Positions 27,255 through 37,348 of a stretch of 64,000 bases of DNA are shown here, one piece after another (the stretch's first letter is position 1; every line of letters begins with the position of its first letter). Under the pieces are notes generated by a model, which saw only the letters and a list, made by a program, of their open reading frames with translations, was not told where the DNA came from and ran no database searches. Position numbers and translations under genes: made by a program. Origin of the DNA: an uncultured Paludibacteraceae bacterium (GTDB lineage: Bacteria > Bacteroidota > Bacteroidia > Bacteroidales > Paludibacteraceae). The DNA is taken from positions 2,454 to 66,453 of the forward strand of contig CAXYWB010000002.1 of NCBI GenBank assembly GCA_964292695.1, given 5' to 3'.

Positions 27255-28374
27255 ATGATTACATCAGACCAGCTTAAAGTAGTGTTGGATCGCGAGGACG
27301 CGTTGAGGAGGTATCTTTGACGTCGATGCCAAGATTATCCAGATAGAAGAAGAAGAGTTACGCACACAGGTTCCCGGATTTTGGGATGACCCGAAAGCTG
27401 CCGAAATGCAGATGAGAAAAGTTAAAGACCTGAAACGTTGGGTAGAGGGTTACATTGGGGTGAAAGCAGCCACCGAAGAGCTGCAGCTCGCTTTTGATTT
27501 TTTCAAAGAAGAGGCAGTGACCGAAGAGGAGGTGGACAAAGCGTATGCACACGTGATGGAATTGCTCGAAACCATCGAACTGAAAAACATGCTGTCAAAC
27601 GAAGAAGACCAACTCGGAGCGGTGATAAAAATAGTAGCCGGAGCCGGAGGAACCGAAGCTCAGGACTGGGCAGAAATGCTTTTCCGCATGTATCAGCGTT
27701 ATTGCGAGCGGCAAGGATACAAAACAGAAGTAACCAACTATCAGGCAGGCGATGAAGCGGGTATCAAAACCGTAACCCTGCAAACTGAAAGCGAAATGGC
27801 TTTCGGCTACCTGAAATGCGAAAACGGAGTTCACCGGCTTGTGCGGGTGTCGCCATATAACGCACAAGGGAAACGGATGACTTCCTTTGCATCGGTGTTT
27901 GTAACACCTTTGGTTGACGACACAATTAATATCGAAGTCAATACGGCCAATCTGACCTGGGATACTTTCCGCTCAGGTGGTGCCGGCGGACAAAACGTAA
28001 ATAAGGTAGAAACCGGAGTACGTCTGCATTACAAATACACGGACGAAAAAACCGGAGAAGAAAAAGAAATTGCAATTGAAAATACGGAGAGTCGCTCTCA
28101 AACTGGAAACCGTGAAAACGCCCTGAGACTTCTACGTTCACAATTGTACGAACTGGAACTGGAAAAACGCCGTGCAGCGCAAGCTGTAGTGGAAGCCGGT
28201 AAGAAAAAAATAGAATGGGGCTCGCAAATACGCAGCTATGTATTTGACGACCGCCGCGTGAAGGACCATCGAACGAACTACCAGACTTCGGACGTTAACG
28301 GGGTAATGGATGGCAAAATCGAAGAATTTATCAAAGCATATCTGATGGAATTCGGTCAGGAAGTGAAAGAATAA
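27255..28374 (+). CDS. prfB: peptide chain release factor 2, requiring a programmed +1 ribosomal frameshift at 27315-27321
   Basis: Frame 0 reads ATG(27255) MITSDQLKVVLDREDALRRYL and stops at TGA 27318-20. The +1 frame from GAC (27319) is contiguous with track ORF 27406-28374, which carries the SPY (SPF-like) and GGQ motifs. Confidence 0.9.
27306..27321 (+). promoter_or_regulatory. prfB: RF2 autoregulatory +1 frameshift site
   Basis: AGG AGG TAT CTT TGA C has the same spacing as the E. coli prfB site: an internal SD-like element, 3 nt, CTT, then the slippery in-frame TGA followed by C. Confidence 0.9.
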
Positions 28375-28383
28375 GCAGTTTTT

Positions 28384-28887
28384 TTACTTCACGGCTGTCT
28401 TCATTTCTTTCAGATAAATAATCTCATCGTATTGCTGATAATAAAGTTCCGTTTCGGTTTGTGGTTTGTGGTCCAGCTGAAGCCGACGCCATACAACCCG
28501 GAATGTTTTATTCAGGTATCGCGGATTTGGATCTTTTCCTCCGTTTTCATCGTTCGGGTTCGGGGATTTTACAGTAAGTGGAAAATGAGAATCATTTCCA
28601 CTGAAACTTATTTCATCTCCCGTTTCGTTACTGAAAACATAATACACTACATCGCCCATCCTGAAAGCTGTGTAGGTGAGAACGGCAGTTCTTATTTCTC
28701 CGATTGTTTTATATCCTTCGGGTAGTCGTTTGTTTTGTAGTGCGTCAAGCGTCAAGGCTAATGTGTCAATGGGAGTGTGAAGAACAACGCTGTCTTTCAT
28801 TGGGAATGAGTCAGCACTTTTGCCACTCCGGTTGCTGCACGAAACGGCGGAAATGAGAAATAAAATAAGTAGCAACAGCCTATTCAT
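28384..28887 (-). CDS. hypothetical lipoprotein (167 aa)
   Basis: The signal peptide carries a lipobox (LISAVSC). This is the last gene of the ECF sigma cluster. Confidence 0.5.
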   Translation of the reverse strand: MNRLLLLILFLISAVSCSNRSGKSADSFPMKDSVVLHTPIDTLALTLDALQNKRLPEGYKTIGEIRTAVLTYTAFRMGDVVYYVFSNETGDEISFSGNDSHFPLTVKSPNPNDENGGKDPNPRYLNKTFRVVWRRLQLDHKPQTETELYYQQYDEIIYLKEMKTAVK

Positions 28888-28932
28888 CTTTCATTTATAA
28901 TTGATTATTAGTATTTTATCAGGAAACAAAGC

Positions 28933-29247
28933 CTAATAAGCTCTTTCCTTTTCACAGAAAAAGTATAAAAACAGAAATACAATCGGAAAAAGCATAAATC
29001 CGGCCATCATATATATAAATGGTATTCCGGCAACTAATTCAAATACCCTGAAAATCATTTCGCGAATATCAACCATTAACATTGAAATAATAATTCCAGC
29101 CAACGTAAATACAGGTACAATCCAATCTGTGGTTCGTTCTTTCATGGGCAATTTTTTCATTACGCTGCCAGCGAATCCGTCATCCTGAAATTCTGCTTTG
29201 TTTTTTCGGAAAAAATCTTTCAGCAATTTATCTTCACTATTTTCCAT
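28933..29247 (-). CDS. small membrane protein, possible anti-sigma partner (DUF5056-like)
   Basis: 104-aa ORF whose N-terminus (DKLLKDFFRKNKAEFQDDGFAGSVMKKLP) is followed by 2-3 TM helices. It overlaps the sigma gene by 11 nt. Confidence 0.5.
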   Translation of the reverse strand: MENSEDKLLKDFFRKNKAEFQDDGFAGSVMKKLPMKERTTDWIVPVFTLAGIIISMLMVDIREMIFRVFELVAGIPFIYMMAGFMLFPIVFLFLYFFCEKERAY

Positions 29248-29779
29248 ACCCCTGATGTGTTAAAAAATGATTCATCTTTTCCTTCCCTTTCAGAATATAT
29301 GTTTTCACAGTACCGAGGGGAAGTTTCATAATTTTTGCTATTTCTGCATGCGTTTTGTCTTCCATGTAGCAAAGCAAAATAGCTGCCTTCTCTTCTTTTC
29401 TTAGAAGCTGCAAAGCGGTGTAAATATCGGTTTTTTCTGTCGAAAAATCAATATCTATACTGGTTTTTTTGTCAATTTCGGTTGTATTCAGGTCTTCATA
29501 CTGTTTGCTTGATCGTACCGAATCATAAAACGTGTTGTAAGCAATGCGAAAAAGCCAGGTGGAGAAAGCCGAAATTCCCTGAAACGAACGAATATTAAGA
29601 TATGCTTTGATGAATGTTTCCTGCGCCAAATCGTCAGCTAAAGTTGCGTCGCCCAGTGTCAGATTCCGCAGAAATCTCCTCACGGGCGACTGATACTTGC
29701 AAACCAGCCGATCGAACGCACGGCGGTCATCAGCGATGACCACCTGCGATATCCAAAGCAAATCTTCGGCTTTATTCAT
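29237..29779 (-). CDS. RNA polymerase ECF-type sigma-70 factor
   Basis: Region 2 reads DDLAQETFIKAYLNIRSFQG...FSTWLFRIAYN, and the region 4 HTH reads THAEIAKIMKLPLGTVKTYI. Confidence 0.85.
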   Translation of the reverse strand: MNKAEDLLWISQVVIADDRRAFDRLVCKYQSPVRRFLRNLTLGDATLADDLAQETFIKAYLNIRSFQGISAFSTWLFRIAYNTFYDSVRSSKQYEDLNTTEIDKKTSIDIDFSTEKTDIYTALQLLRKEEKAAILLCYMEDKTHAEIAKIMKLPLGTVKTYILKGKEKMNHFLTHQGYGK

Positions 29780-30380
29780 TTATCCCCGGTGAATTCGGAT
29801 TGTTTTTTGGTTTTTCGATCAAATAAGCTATCAAAATTCCTAATCCGACAAAACCCGGAATTAAACCAAACAGCAGACCATCATTATTGGTGGAAATGCC
29901 CACTATGACTAACGCCATACCCACTCCGAGCCACACCAGACCGCTTTGAAGCCGCGATGAATCCTTTTTCTCAGGTTCTTCGAAGATTTTTTCGGGTATC
30001 GATTGCCCCATTTCGATAGATTTCAGATAAAGATCATAACGGGCTTTCTCTCTTTCTTTTTTGGTCCGAGAAGTAAAGAAAATAATAAAAACCACCATAA
30101 TAAATGGTGCTGTTGATATCAGTACCAAAGCCCACATAGGCATCGGAATTTCATTACTATCTCTGTGTCTTTCGTTATCGAGACGCTGTTTTTCGATTTC
30201 GAGCAACTGATCAGGGTTCAGTTTCTGAAGTAAAATTGCATCTCGTACATTTTCACCTGTCGATGCATACTTTTCTATTATACTGTCATTTACAGCTACA
30301 TTAGTGCTGTCAGTTTGAACCTGTGCACTTATTCCGGTCCACAAAATAATTCCTACTAAAATAATTCCAACTCGTTTCAT
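29772..30380 (-). CDS. membrane protein (signal peptide, coiled region, 3 TM helices), first gene of the ECF cluster
   Basis: 202-aa ORF that overlaps the sigma gene by 8 nt. I recognise no enzymatic motif. Confidence 0.5.
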   Translation of the reverse strand: MKRVGIILVGIILWTGISAQVQTDSTNVAVNDSIIEKYASTGENVRDAILLQKLNPDQLLEIEKQRLDNERHRDSNEIPMPMWALVLISTAPFIMVVFIIFFTSRTKKEREKARYDLYLKSIEMGQSIPEKIFEEPEKKDSSRLQSGLVWLGVGMALVIVGISTNNDGLLFGLIPGFVGLGILIAYLIEKPKNNPNSPGINE

Positions 30381-30726
30381 TTTTTTTAATTCATTTTTAA
30401 TGGTTTGTAAATATAATCTTTGTTTATGAATTAGACGAATTGAATTACAGATTTGGATTTAAAACAGATAAAAAAAATTCATAAAAAGTCAAATTCGCTA
30501 TTATCTTATGAAGCAACTCTATATGATAGGTTAGCTTCTGGTAATTAATAGATTAACACTTCTTTGCAAATATGATAAAAAGCAGCTTTTTGTTATTAAA
30601 TATATTTAGAATTTAGCACTTCAAAACTAAAGAAATGAGGCAATTAGCCTAAAAACGGAAAGATTTAAATAATGTTAATATTTAAAGATTAGTGCCCGAT
30701 TATTTGTGGATAAAAAAATAGATTCA

Positions 30727-30734
30727 TATTTTTG
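30727..30734 (+). promoter_or_regulatory. -7 box TATTTTTG
   Basis: This is the only exact TAnnTTTG I found upstream of copA. It implies a leader of about 200 nt. Confidence 0.4.
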
Positions 30735-30772
30735 CACGTGATTTTTTTCATAGTATTAGATTTAAGGTTAAA

Positions 30773-30802
30773 GGATTGGTAGTCAAGCGAGGCTACCGAT
30801 TC
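30773..30802 (+). promoter_or_regulatory. leader hairpin 1 (terminator- or attenuator-like)
   Basis: GGATTGGTAG-10 nt-CTACCGATTC forms a 10-bp stem with 2 G-U pairs and is followed by TTGTTTT. Confidence 0.4.
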
Positions 30803-30896
30803 TTGTTTTAAATCCGCTTAATCTTCCTTTTGTCCATTCGGCATACCATCCGTTAACCATCCTTAAATTCCTGTAAATAAAGACTCCCTGAGAACT

Positions 30897-30922
30897 AAAC
30901 AGGAACTTTATCTGTTTTTTTT
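30897..30922 (+). promoter_or_regulatory. leader hairpin 2 (terminator-like) just upstream of copA
   Basis: AAACAG-9 nt-CTGTTT is followed by a T-run and ends 16 nt before the ATG at 30939. Confidence 0.4.
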
Positions 30923-30938
30923 ACATCATTTACCGCTT

Positions 30939-33239
30939 ATGAAAACAGGAAAATTCGAAGTAACAGGCATGACTTGTTCTGCGTGTGTGGCGCATGTAGA
31001 AAAAAGCGTACGTAAACTTGAAGGCGTAGCTGATGTGACGGTCAATTTACTAACCAACAGTATGTCAGTGAATTACGACCATAAAACACTTGCTCCTGAT
31101 GAGATAATTGAATCGGTACAAAAGGCTGGGTACGACGCTTTTGAAAAAACAGAAACTGCCACAGGTGTCGTACAGCTGGTAAATCAAGCTGAAAATGAGC
31201 AAAAAGAGATGAAAGTTCGGGTTATATATTCCTTTATATTTCTTATTCCTTTGCTCTATATCTCCATGGGGCAAATGGTTGGCATACCATTGCCGGCTTT
31301 CTTAACCGGTGAAAAAAACGCCCTCATTTTTGCAGTTGCACAATTGCTGCTCACAGTTCCGGTTTACATAATTAACCGCAAATTTTTCACACACGGATTT
31401 AGGGCGTTGTTGAAACTCTCACCCAACATGGATTCACTTGTAGCCATAGGCTCATCGGCTGCGCTCTTGTATGGATTTTTTGCAATTTTCAGAATTTATT
31501 ACGGGATTACTTACAATAATCCGGCTGTTATTCATCAGTATATTCACGACTTGTTTTTTGAATCTGGAGCTACCATCCTTACTCTGATAACGCTTGGTAA
31601 ATACTTAGAAGCCCGGTCGAAACGTCAGACATCTGATGCACTGACAAAACTCATCAATTCTGCTCCTCAAACAGCCAACGTCATTCGCGACAAAAAAGAA
31701 ATTGAAATTCCTGTGAATGAAGTAAGGGTAAACGACATTGTAAGCATTCGTCCGGGAGAAAAAATTGCTGTTGATGGGATTGTGGAAAACGGATTTAGCT
31801 CGGTTGACGAATCGGCACTCACGGGCGAAAGTATACCTGTTTTCAAGCAAAGCGGCGACAGCGTTATTTCAGCGAGTATAAATAAAACAGGATTTTTTAC
31901 TTTCCGCGCTACTAAAGTGGGCCGAGATACTACTCTTTCGCAAATTATTCGGCTGCTGGAAGAAGCATCGGCTTCCAAAGCTCCCATTTCAAAACTTGCC
32001 GACCAAATCAGCCGGATTTTCGTACCGGTAGTCATCGGAATTGCCGTTCTGGCTACTATTACCTGGTTGCTTTTCGGCCAAACGTTTGAATTTGCTCTAT
32101 CCATAGGAATTGCAGTACTGATTATATCCTGCCCCTGCGCACTTGGACTGGCTACTCCGGTTGCCATTATGGTCGGGATGGGCAAAGGAGCTGAATCAGG
32201 AGCACTCTTCAAATCGGCAGAAGCGCTGGAAATGGGCGGAAGAATCGACACGATTGTTTTTGATAAAACAGGAACCATTACCGAGGGAAATCCTCAGGTA
32301 ACTGACATCGAATCCATTCACTATTTGGACGAAAGAGAACTGTTGCGAATTTGCGCTTCACTCGAAAAATATTCTGAACACCCTATTTCGGGAGCAATCA
32401 TTAAAAAAGCAGAGGAAGAAAAGCTGGAACTGTATCCCGTCAATGAATTTACCGGAGTTCCCGGAAAAGGAATTTCAGGCAAAATTAAAGGTGAATTTTA
32501 CAAAGTCGGCAACAAGGCATTTATATCCGAAAGTATTGACATTGAATATGTTGAAGATTTTTTATTCCAGCTTTTGCAACAAGGAAAAACAGCCCTGTTC
32601 GTTGCCGACGATGAGAACATACTGGGTGTAATCGGAGTAGCCGACGTATTGAAACCTACAAGCCACGAAGCGGTTGACTTGCTGAAATTAATGAATATGT
32701 ACACCATATTACTTACAGGCGATAATCAGCGTACTGCCTTTGCCATTCAGGATAAAATAGGTTTTGACAAAGTAATAGCAGAAGTACTACCGCAAGACAA
32801 AGATAAAATTATTCAGAATTTGATGGCCGAAGGACGAAAAGTAGCCATGGTGGGCGACGGCATAAACGATGCACCTGCATTGGCACGTGCCGATTTGGGA
32901 ATCGCTGTGGGAGCTGGCACTGATATTGCCATCGAATCGGCAGACGTGGTGCTGATGAAAAATGATTTGCTGGATGTGGTTACCGGTATTCGTTTAAGTA
33001 AATCAGTTATTCGAAATATCAAAGAAAACCTTTTTTGGGCGTTTTTTTATAACATTATCGGCATTCCTTTGGCTGCAGGAGTCTTCTACGCCGCATTAGG
33101 ATGGAAACTCAGCCCCATGTTTGCAGCAGCAGCCATGAGTTTGAGTTCGGTTACCGTGGTGATGAATGCACTCAGGCTACGAGGCTTTATCCCCACAAAG
33201 TCAAACCTGAAACTCCTGAAGACTGGAAATTCCAATTGA
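30939..33239 (+). CDS. copA: copper-translocating P1B-type ATPase
   Basis: N-terminal HMA domain ([12 protein letters not shown]), CPC motif ([11 protein letters not shown]), DKTGTIT, and [10 protein letters not shown]. Confidence 0.9.
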   Translation: MKTGKFEVTGMTCSACVAHVEKSVRKLEGVADVTVNLLTNSMSVNYDHKTLAPDEIIESVQKAGYDAFEKTETATGVVQLVNQAENEQKEMKVRVIYSFIFLIPLLYISMGQMVGIPLPAFLTGEKNALIFAVAQLLLTVPVYIINRKFFTHGFRALLKLSPNMDSLVAIGSSAALLYGFFAIFRIYYGITYNNPAVIHQYIHDLFFESGATILTLITLGKYLEARSKRQTSDALTKLINSAPQTANVIRDKKEIEIPVNEVRVNDIVSIRPGEKIAVDGIVENGFSSVDESALTGESIPVFKQSGDSVISASINKTGFFTFRATKVGRDTTLSQIIRLLEEASASKAPISKLADQISRIFVPVVIGIAVLATITWLLFGQTFEFALSIGIAVLIISCPCALGLATPVAIMVGMGKGAESGALFKSAEALEMGGRIDTIVFDKTGTITEGNPQVTDIESIHYLDERELLRICASLEKYSEHPISGAIIKKAEEEKLELYPVNEFTGVPGKGISGKIKGEFYKVGNKAFISESIDIEYVEDFLFQLLQQGKTALFVADDENILGVIGVADVLKPTSHEAVDLLKLMNMYTILLTGDNQRTAFAIQDKIGFDKVIAEVLPQDKDKIIQNLMAEGRKVAMVGDGINDAPALARADLGIAVGAGTDIAIESADVVLMKNDLLDVVTGIRLSKSVIRNIKENLFWAFFYNIIGIPLAAGVFYAALGWKLSPMFAAAAMSLSSVTVVMNALRLRGFIPTKSNLKLLKTGNSN

Positions 33240-33356
33240 TACAACAATCAACTGTTCAATTTTTTACAATTTACACACTACAATAAACAAACTTTAAACA
33301 AAACCTTTGAATCCCTTCATTAAAAAAGGGCAGTTTTCAAAATTATTATCATTATT

Positions 33357-33578
33357 ATGGAAAAAACAGCATTAATAAAAGGAATGAGTTGCTCACATTG
33401 CGCAACCCGGGTGGCAAAAGCACTGAATAAAATAGACGGTGTAGAAGCAACCGTAGATTTGGAAAGCAGAACAGCCAAACTACATCTTTCGAAAAAAATC
33501 TCGGACGAAAAAATTAAAGCGGCGGTAGATGATGCCGGATATGAAGTAACAGATATTATTGGTGTACCTGAAAATTAA
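33357..33578 (+). CDS. copZ: heavy-metal-associated (HMA) domain copper chaperone
   Basis: 73-aa ORF with GMSCSHCATRV (MxCxxC), directly downstream of copA. Confidence 0.85.
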   Translation: MEKTALIKGMSCSHCATRVAKALNKIDGVEATVDLESRTAKLHLSKKISDEKIKAAVDDAGYEVTDIIGVPEN

Positions 33579-33793
33579 ACGAATAGATTATCCCCTTTCA
33601 GTTTGTAATTTCACACGTAAATAATTGGTTTTAACCCTTCATATAGAATTCATATATTAACAGAACACAACCATTTATTAAAGACCCATAATCATACCCG
33701 ATTCATAAAAAACAAAAATAATTGCCTGAAAATTTGGCTTATACCTGTTTGTTTTTGTTATTTTGCACCCAATTTAAAAAACCGAACATAATT

Positions 33794-36136
33794 ATGTCAA
33801 AAAATTTAGTCATTGTTGAGTCACCTGCCAAAGCCAAAACCATCGGGAAGTTTCTCGGAAACGAATTCGAAGTAATGTCGAGCATGGGACATATCCGCGA
33901 CTTGTCAGATAAAGGATTGGGGATTGATTTTGAAAATAATTATGCTCCGCAATACGAAGTTTCGGCCGACAAGAAAAAAATAGTAGCTGATCTTAAAAAG
34001 GCTGCCAAAAACACCGAAACTGTGTGGCTGGCATCCGATGAAGACCGCGAAGGAGAAGCCATTGCCTGGCATTTGTCCGAAGAATTAAAATTAAAAAAAG
34101 AAAACACCAAACGGATTGTTTTTCATGAAATTACAAAAGATGCCATCTTGCATGCCATTGCAAATCCGCGCGAATTAGATATCAATCTGGTGGATGCACA
34201 GCAAGCTCGCCGTGTATTGGATCGGATTGTGGGTTTTGAACTTTCACCGGTGCTTTGGCGCAAAGTTCGTCCGTCGCTTTCTGCCGGGCGCGTGCAATCG
34301 GTTGCAGTACGTCTGATAGTAGAGCGTGAAAGGGAAATCAACAATTTCAATGCGGAAGCGACCTACAAAGTTACAGCTATTTTCTCATCCAAAGATGCCA
34401 ACGGAGCTACCGTGGAACTCAAAGCCGAGCTGTCGCGCCGATTCAACACCAAAGAAGAAGCGCTCGCGTTTCTGGAAGTGTGCAAAAAAGCTCAGTTCAG
34501 TGTGGAGAGCATTGAGAAAAAACCACTTAAAAAGTCACCTGCGCCTCCCTTTACCACATCTACAATGCAGCAGGAAGCATCACGGAAATTAGGATTCTCT
34601 GTATCGCAAACCATGATGGTAGCCCAGCGACTATACGAATCGGGAAAAATCACGTATATGCGTACCGATTCAGTCAACCTATCTTCATTGGCCATTGGAA
34701 CGGCCAAACAGGAAATAATAAGCATGGCCGGTGAAAAATACGTGAAAATCCGTAAGTTCAACACCAAATCAAAAGGTGCTCAGGAAGCTCACGAAGCCAT
34801 TAGACCTACCTACATAAGCACACACAGTGTTGAAGGTACTGTACAGGAAAAACGGCTTTACGATCTTATTTGGAAACGTACCATCGCTTCGCAAATGGCC
34901 GATGCCGAACTGGAAAAAACAAATATTTATATCAATATTTCGGGCAGCAACTACCAATTTATAGCTTCGGGCGAAGTAATTGTTTTCGACGGTTTTTTAA
35001 AGGTCTATCTGGAATCCACCGATGATGAGCCGGATGCTGAGACAAGCGGAATTTTACCAACCATGAAAAAAGGTGAAATTCTTACTTCCAACGAAATTCT
35101 GGCTCAGCAGCGTTTCAGCCAGCGCCCGGCTCGATACACCGAAGCCAGCCTGGTGCGCAAACTCGAAGAACTCGGAATAGGCCGACCATCAACCTATGCA
35201 CCTACCATTTCTACCATTCAAAACCGAAAATACGTAGAAAAAGGGGATCGAACGGCCATAAAAAGAGAATTCAACGAACTAAAATTAAAGGATGGGAAAA
35301 TTTCAGATAAAATAAAAACCGAAAATACCGGAGCTGAGAAATCAAAACTTTTTCCTACGGATATTGGTCTGGTAGTCAACGACTTTCTGTATGAATACTT
35401 TCCGGATATCATGGACTATAATTTTACGGCCCTTGTAGAAAAAGAATTTGACCACATAGCCGAAGGAAAAGTAAAATGGACAAAATCCATTGATAATTTT
35501 TACAAAAAATTTCATCCGGTAGTGGAAAGCACCCTTAAAAACTCCGAACGTCAGGTTGGAGAGCGCGTTTTGGGCATCGATCCCAAATCCGGGAGACAAA
35601 TAGCCGTTAAAATAGGCAAATTTGGCCCTATTGCTCAAATAGGAAAGTCTGAAGAAGAAGAAAAGCCGGTTTTCGCGTCACTTCAAAAGTCTCAGTCTAT
35701 TGAAAGTATTACACTGGAAGATGCTCTGGAATTGTTCAAACTTCCCCGTGAAATTGGTGAATTTGAAGACAAAGAAATGATAGCTGCCGTGGGCAGATTC
35801 GGTCCATATATCCGTCACGACAGCAAGTTCTATTCATTGCCCAAGACAGATGATCCGCTTGAAATTTCGTCTGAAAGAGCCATTGAAATTATTGAGGCAA
35901 AGCGAGAAGCCGATAAAAACAAAGTCATCGGTGTATTTGGCGAAAAGGGCGAAATACAGGTTTTGAACGGAAGGTTCGGCCCGTACATAGCTTTCGAAAA
36001 AAACAATTATAAAATTCCGAAAAAGACCGACGCCGCATCTTTGACCGAAGATCAATGTCGCGAAATCATTGCTTCGCAGGCCGATACGGTTGGAAAAAAG
36101 AAAAAGCCATTTGGCAGAGGCAGAAAGAAAGCCTAG
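33794..36136 (+). CDS. topA: DNA topoisomerase I
   Basis: The ORF starts MSKNLVIVESPAKAKTIGKFLG (Toprim) and carries DEDREGEAI and the active-site region YMRTDS. I use the ATG at 33794, not the upstream extension in the track. Confidence 0.95.
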   Translation: MSKNLVIVESPAKAKTIGKFLGNEFEVMSSMGHIRDLSDKGLGIDFENNYAPQYEVSADKKKIVADLKKAAKNTETVWLASDEDREGEAIAWHLSEELKLKKENTKRIVFHEITKDAILHAIANPRELDINLVDAQQARRVLDRIVGFELSPVLWRKVRPSLSAGRVQSVAVRLIVEREREINNFNAEATYKVTAIFSSKDANGATVELKAELSRRFNTKEEALAFLEVCKKAQFSVESIEKKPLKKSPAPPFTTSTMQQEASRKLGFSVSQTMMVAQRLYESGKITYMRTDSVNLSSLAIGTAKQEIISMAGEKYVKIRKFNTKSKGAQEAHEAIRPTYISTHSVEGTVQEKRLYDLIWKRTIASQMADAELEKTNIYINISGSNYQFIASGEVIVFDGFLKVYLESTDDEPDAETSGILPTMKKGEILTSNEILAQQRFSQRPARYTEASLVRKLEELGIGRPSTYAPTISTIQNRKYVEKGDRTAIKREFNELKLKDGKISDKIKTENTGAEKSKLFPTDIGLVVNDFLYEYFPDIMDYNFTALVEKEFDHIAEGKVKWTKSIDNFYKKFHPVVESTLKNSERQVGERVLGIDPKSGRQIAVKIGKFGPIAQIGKSEEEEKPVFASLQKSQSIESITLEDALELFKLPREIGEFEDKEMIAAVGRFGPYIRHDSKFYSLPKTDDPLEISSERAIEIIEAKREADKNKVIGVFGEKGEIQVLNGRFGPYIAFEKNNYKIPKKTDAASLTEDQCREIIASQADTVGKKKKPFGRGRKKA

Positions 36137-36197
36137 GAACGGAGTCTATTGCCCGGCCTATGCCTGTATTGGTTTAATTAATTATAAGTCCATAAAA

Positions 36198-37238
36198 ATG
36201 AAACGTTTACTGTTTTTTGTCGCTTTGCTTCCTGTGTTGGTTTCAGGGCAAACCATAACCGAAGGGAAATCCACACTGATTTATTCGCTTCCGAAAACCG
36301 AATTTGTGATTAATGCCACTGTAGAACTTGTTACCGAAAATCCGGGAAAATTTTATCAGTATTCCGACCGATTTCTGGCCACTTCGGAAGTAATCACTGC
36401 CGAAAAAAAATACTACCGGATGAAAACAATCACGATGGAAACACGTACTGTAAGTGATTCAGAAAGGACTTTTACAATTATTCCCTCTAAAAAATCGCTC
36501 GCAAACCAGATTTCGGTTAATGACGAGGGCATTTTATGTGGCATCAATGTAGCGCCCTCCAAAGCAATCAAAGAAATTCGAACCGAAAGAATCGAGAAAA
36601 AAGAAAATTTCTCCAATTCGAAACTGCTGCCGCTGAGCGAAGAATATATGCTGGCCGGTTCGGTGGCAAAAATGGCCGAAGGAGCCGCTAAACAGATTTA
36701 CCGAATTCGGGAAAACAGGGTGGATTTACTCTCCGGCGACGTTGACAACATGCCAACTGACGGTGCTTCGCTCAAAACCATGATAGCCGAGATGGATGTG
36801 CAGGAAAAAGAGCTGACTAAACTTTTCACAGGAATTACGACGGTGGAAACTCTGACTCAAACCATTGTTTACACACCCAAAACGATCGAGAAGGATGAAG
36901 TAGTCTTCCGTTTTTCTTCCCACAGGGGAGTTGTTGCGTCCGACGATCTTAGCGGAGCTCCTTACTACCTGAATATCAATTTTGAGCCAATAAAAACGGT
37001 GACTAATGAGTCCAAAAAACCCAAAAAACCGCTTATTGAAGTCTTTACGATACTACCGGTAACGGCTCAGGTGAGACTGGACGATGGAAATGAAACCCTA
37101 TACGAGCAACAGGTCACGTTACCACAATTTGGCATTTTACTACCCATTCCACTGGAAACGATGGATAAATACAGCAAAGCGTATGTAAGTCCGGAAAACG
37201 GCAGACTGCTTTCTATCGAACAACTGCCTAAGAAATAG
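36198..37238 (+). CDS. hypothetical secreted protein (possibly the DUF4831 family)
   Basis: The signal peptide MKRLLFFVALLPVLVSGQ starts at 36198. The track ORF's upstream extension overlaps the end of topA and is unlikely to be coding. Confidence 0.5.
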   Translation: MKRLLFFVALLPVLVSGQTITEGKSTLIYSLPKTEFVINATVELVTENPGKFYQYSDRFLATSEVITAEKKYYRMKTITMETRTVSDSERTFTIIPSKKSLANQISVNDEGILCGINVAPSKAIKEIRTERIEKKENFSNSKLLPLSEEYMLAGSVAKMAEGAAKQIYRIRENRVDLLSGDVDNMPTDGASLKTMIAEMDVQEKELTKLFTGITTVETLTQTIVYTPKTIEKDEVVFRFSSHRGVVASDDLSGAPYYLNINFEPIKTVTNESKKPKKPLIEVFTILPVTAQVRLDDGNETLYEQQVTLPQFGILLPIPLETMDKYSKAYVSPENGRLLSIEQLPKK

Positions 37239-37348
37239 TAAGTTACTTCGTATTATTAGTTTTACTTTATTAGTTTCACGTTATTTACTATTCGTTTTTT
37301 GTCTTACGTCGTTATTCGTTTTTTATACTACTAACAAACACGAAGTAA

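Noticed and set aside
30695-30703. A perfect DnaA-box 9-mer (TGTGGATAA) lies inside the AT-rich 558-bp intergenic region. Could this be oriC?
   Set aside because: A single 9-mer is expected about 0.5 times by chance on the two strands of 64 kb. I found no cluster of further boxes, and dnaA and dnaN are not nearby.
31667-32278. Long antisense ORFs lie inside well-supported genes. Examples are 31667-32278 (203 aa, in copA), 54329-54841 (170 aa, in ruvB), 41419-41931 and 43029-43562 (in the ACAD gene and across its junction with etfA), 38635-39039 (in rnr) and 62650-63123 (in rodA).
   Set aside because: Their translations are low-complexity or biased (S/P/R/C/F-rich), and each is fully embedded opposite or out of frame in a gene with clear family motifs. 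They are shadow ORFs.
33722-33793. The ORF track gives N-terminal extensions that start at TTG, GTG or upstream ATG codons. These occur for topA (33722), the gene at 36069, rnr (38342), the TamL-like gene (49873), xerD (22681), the porin (10738), crtW (5378) and dtd (52348).
   Set aside because: The extensions overlap the upstream gene or an exact -7 promoter box, and they precede a canonical family N-terminus or signal peptide. I therefore chose the shorter starts.
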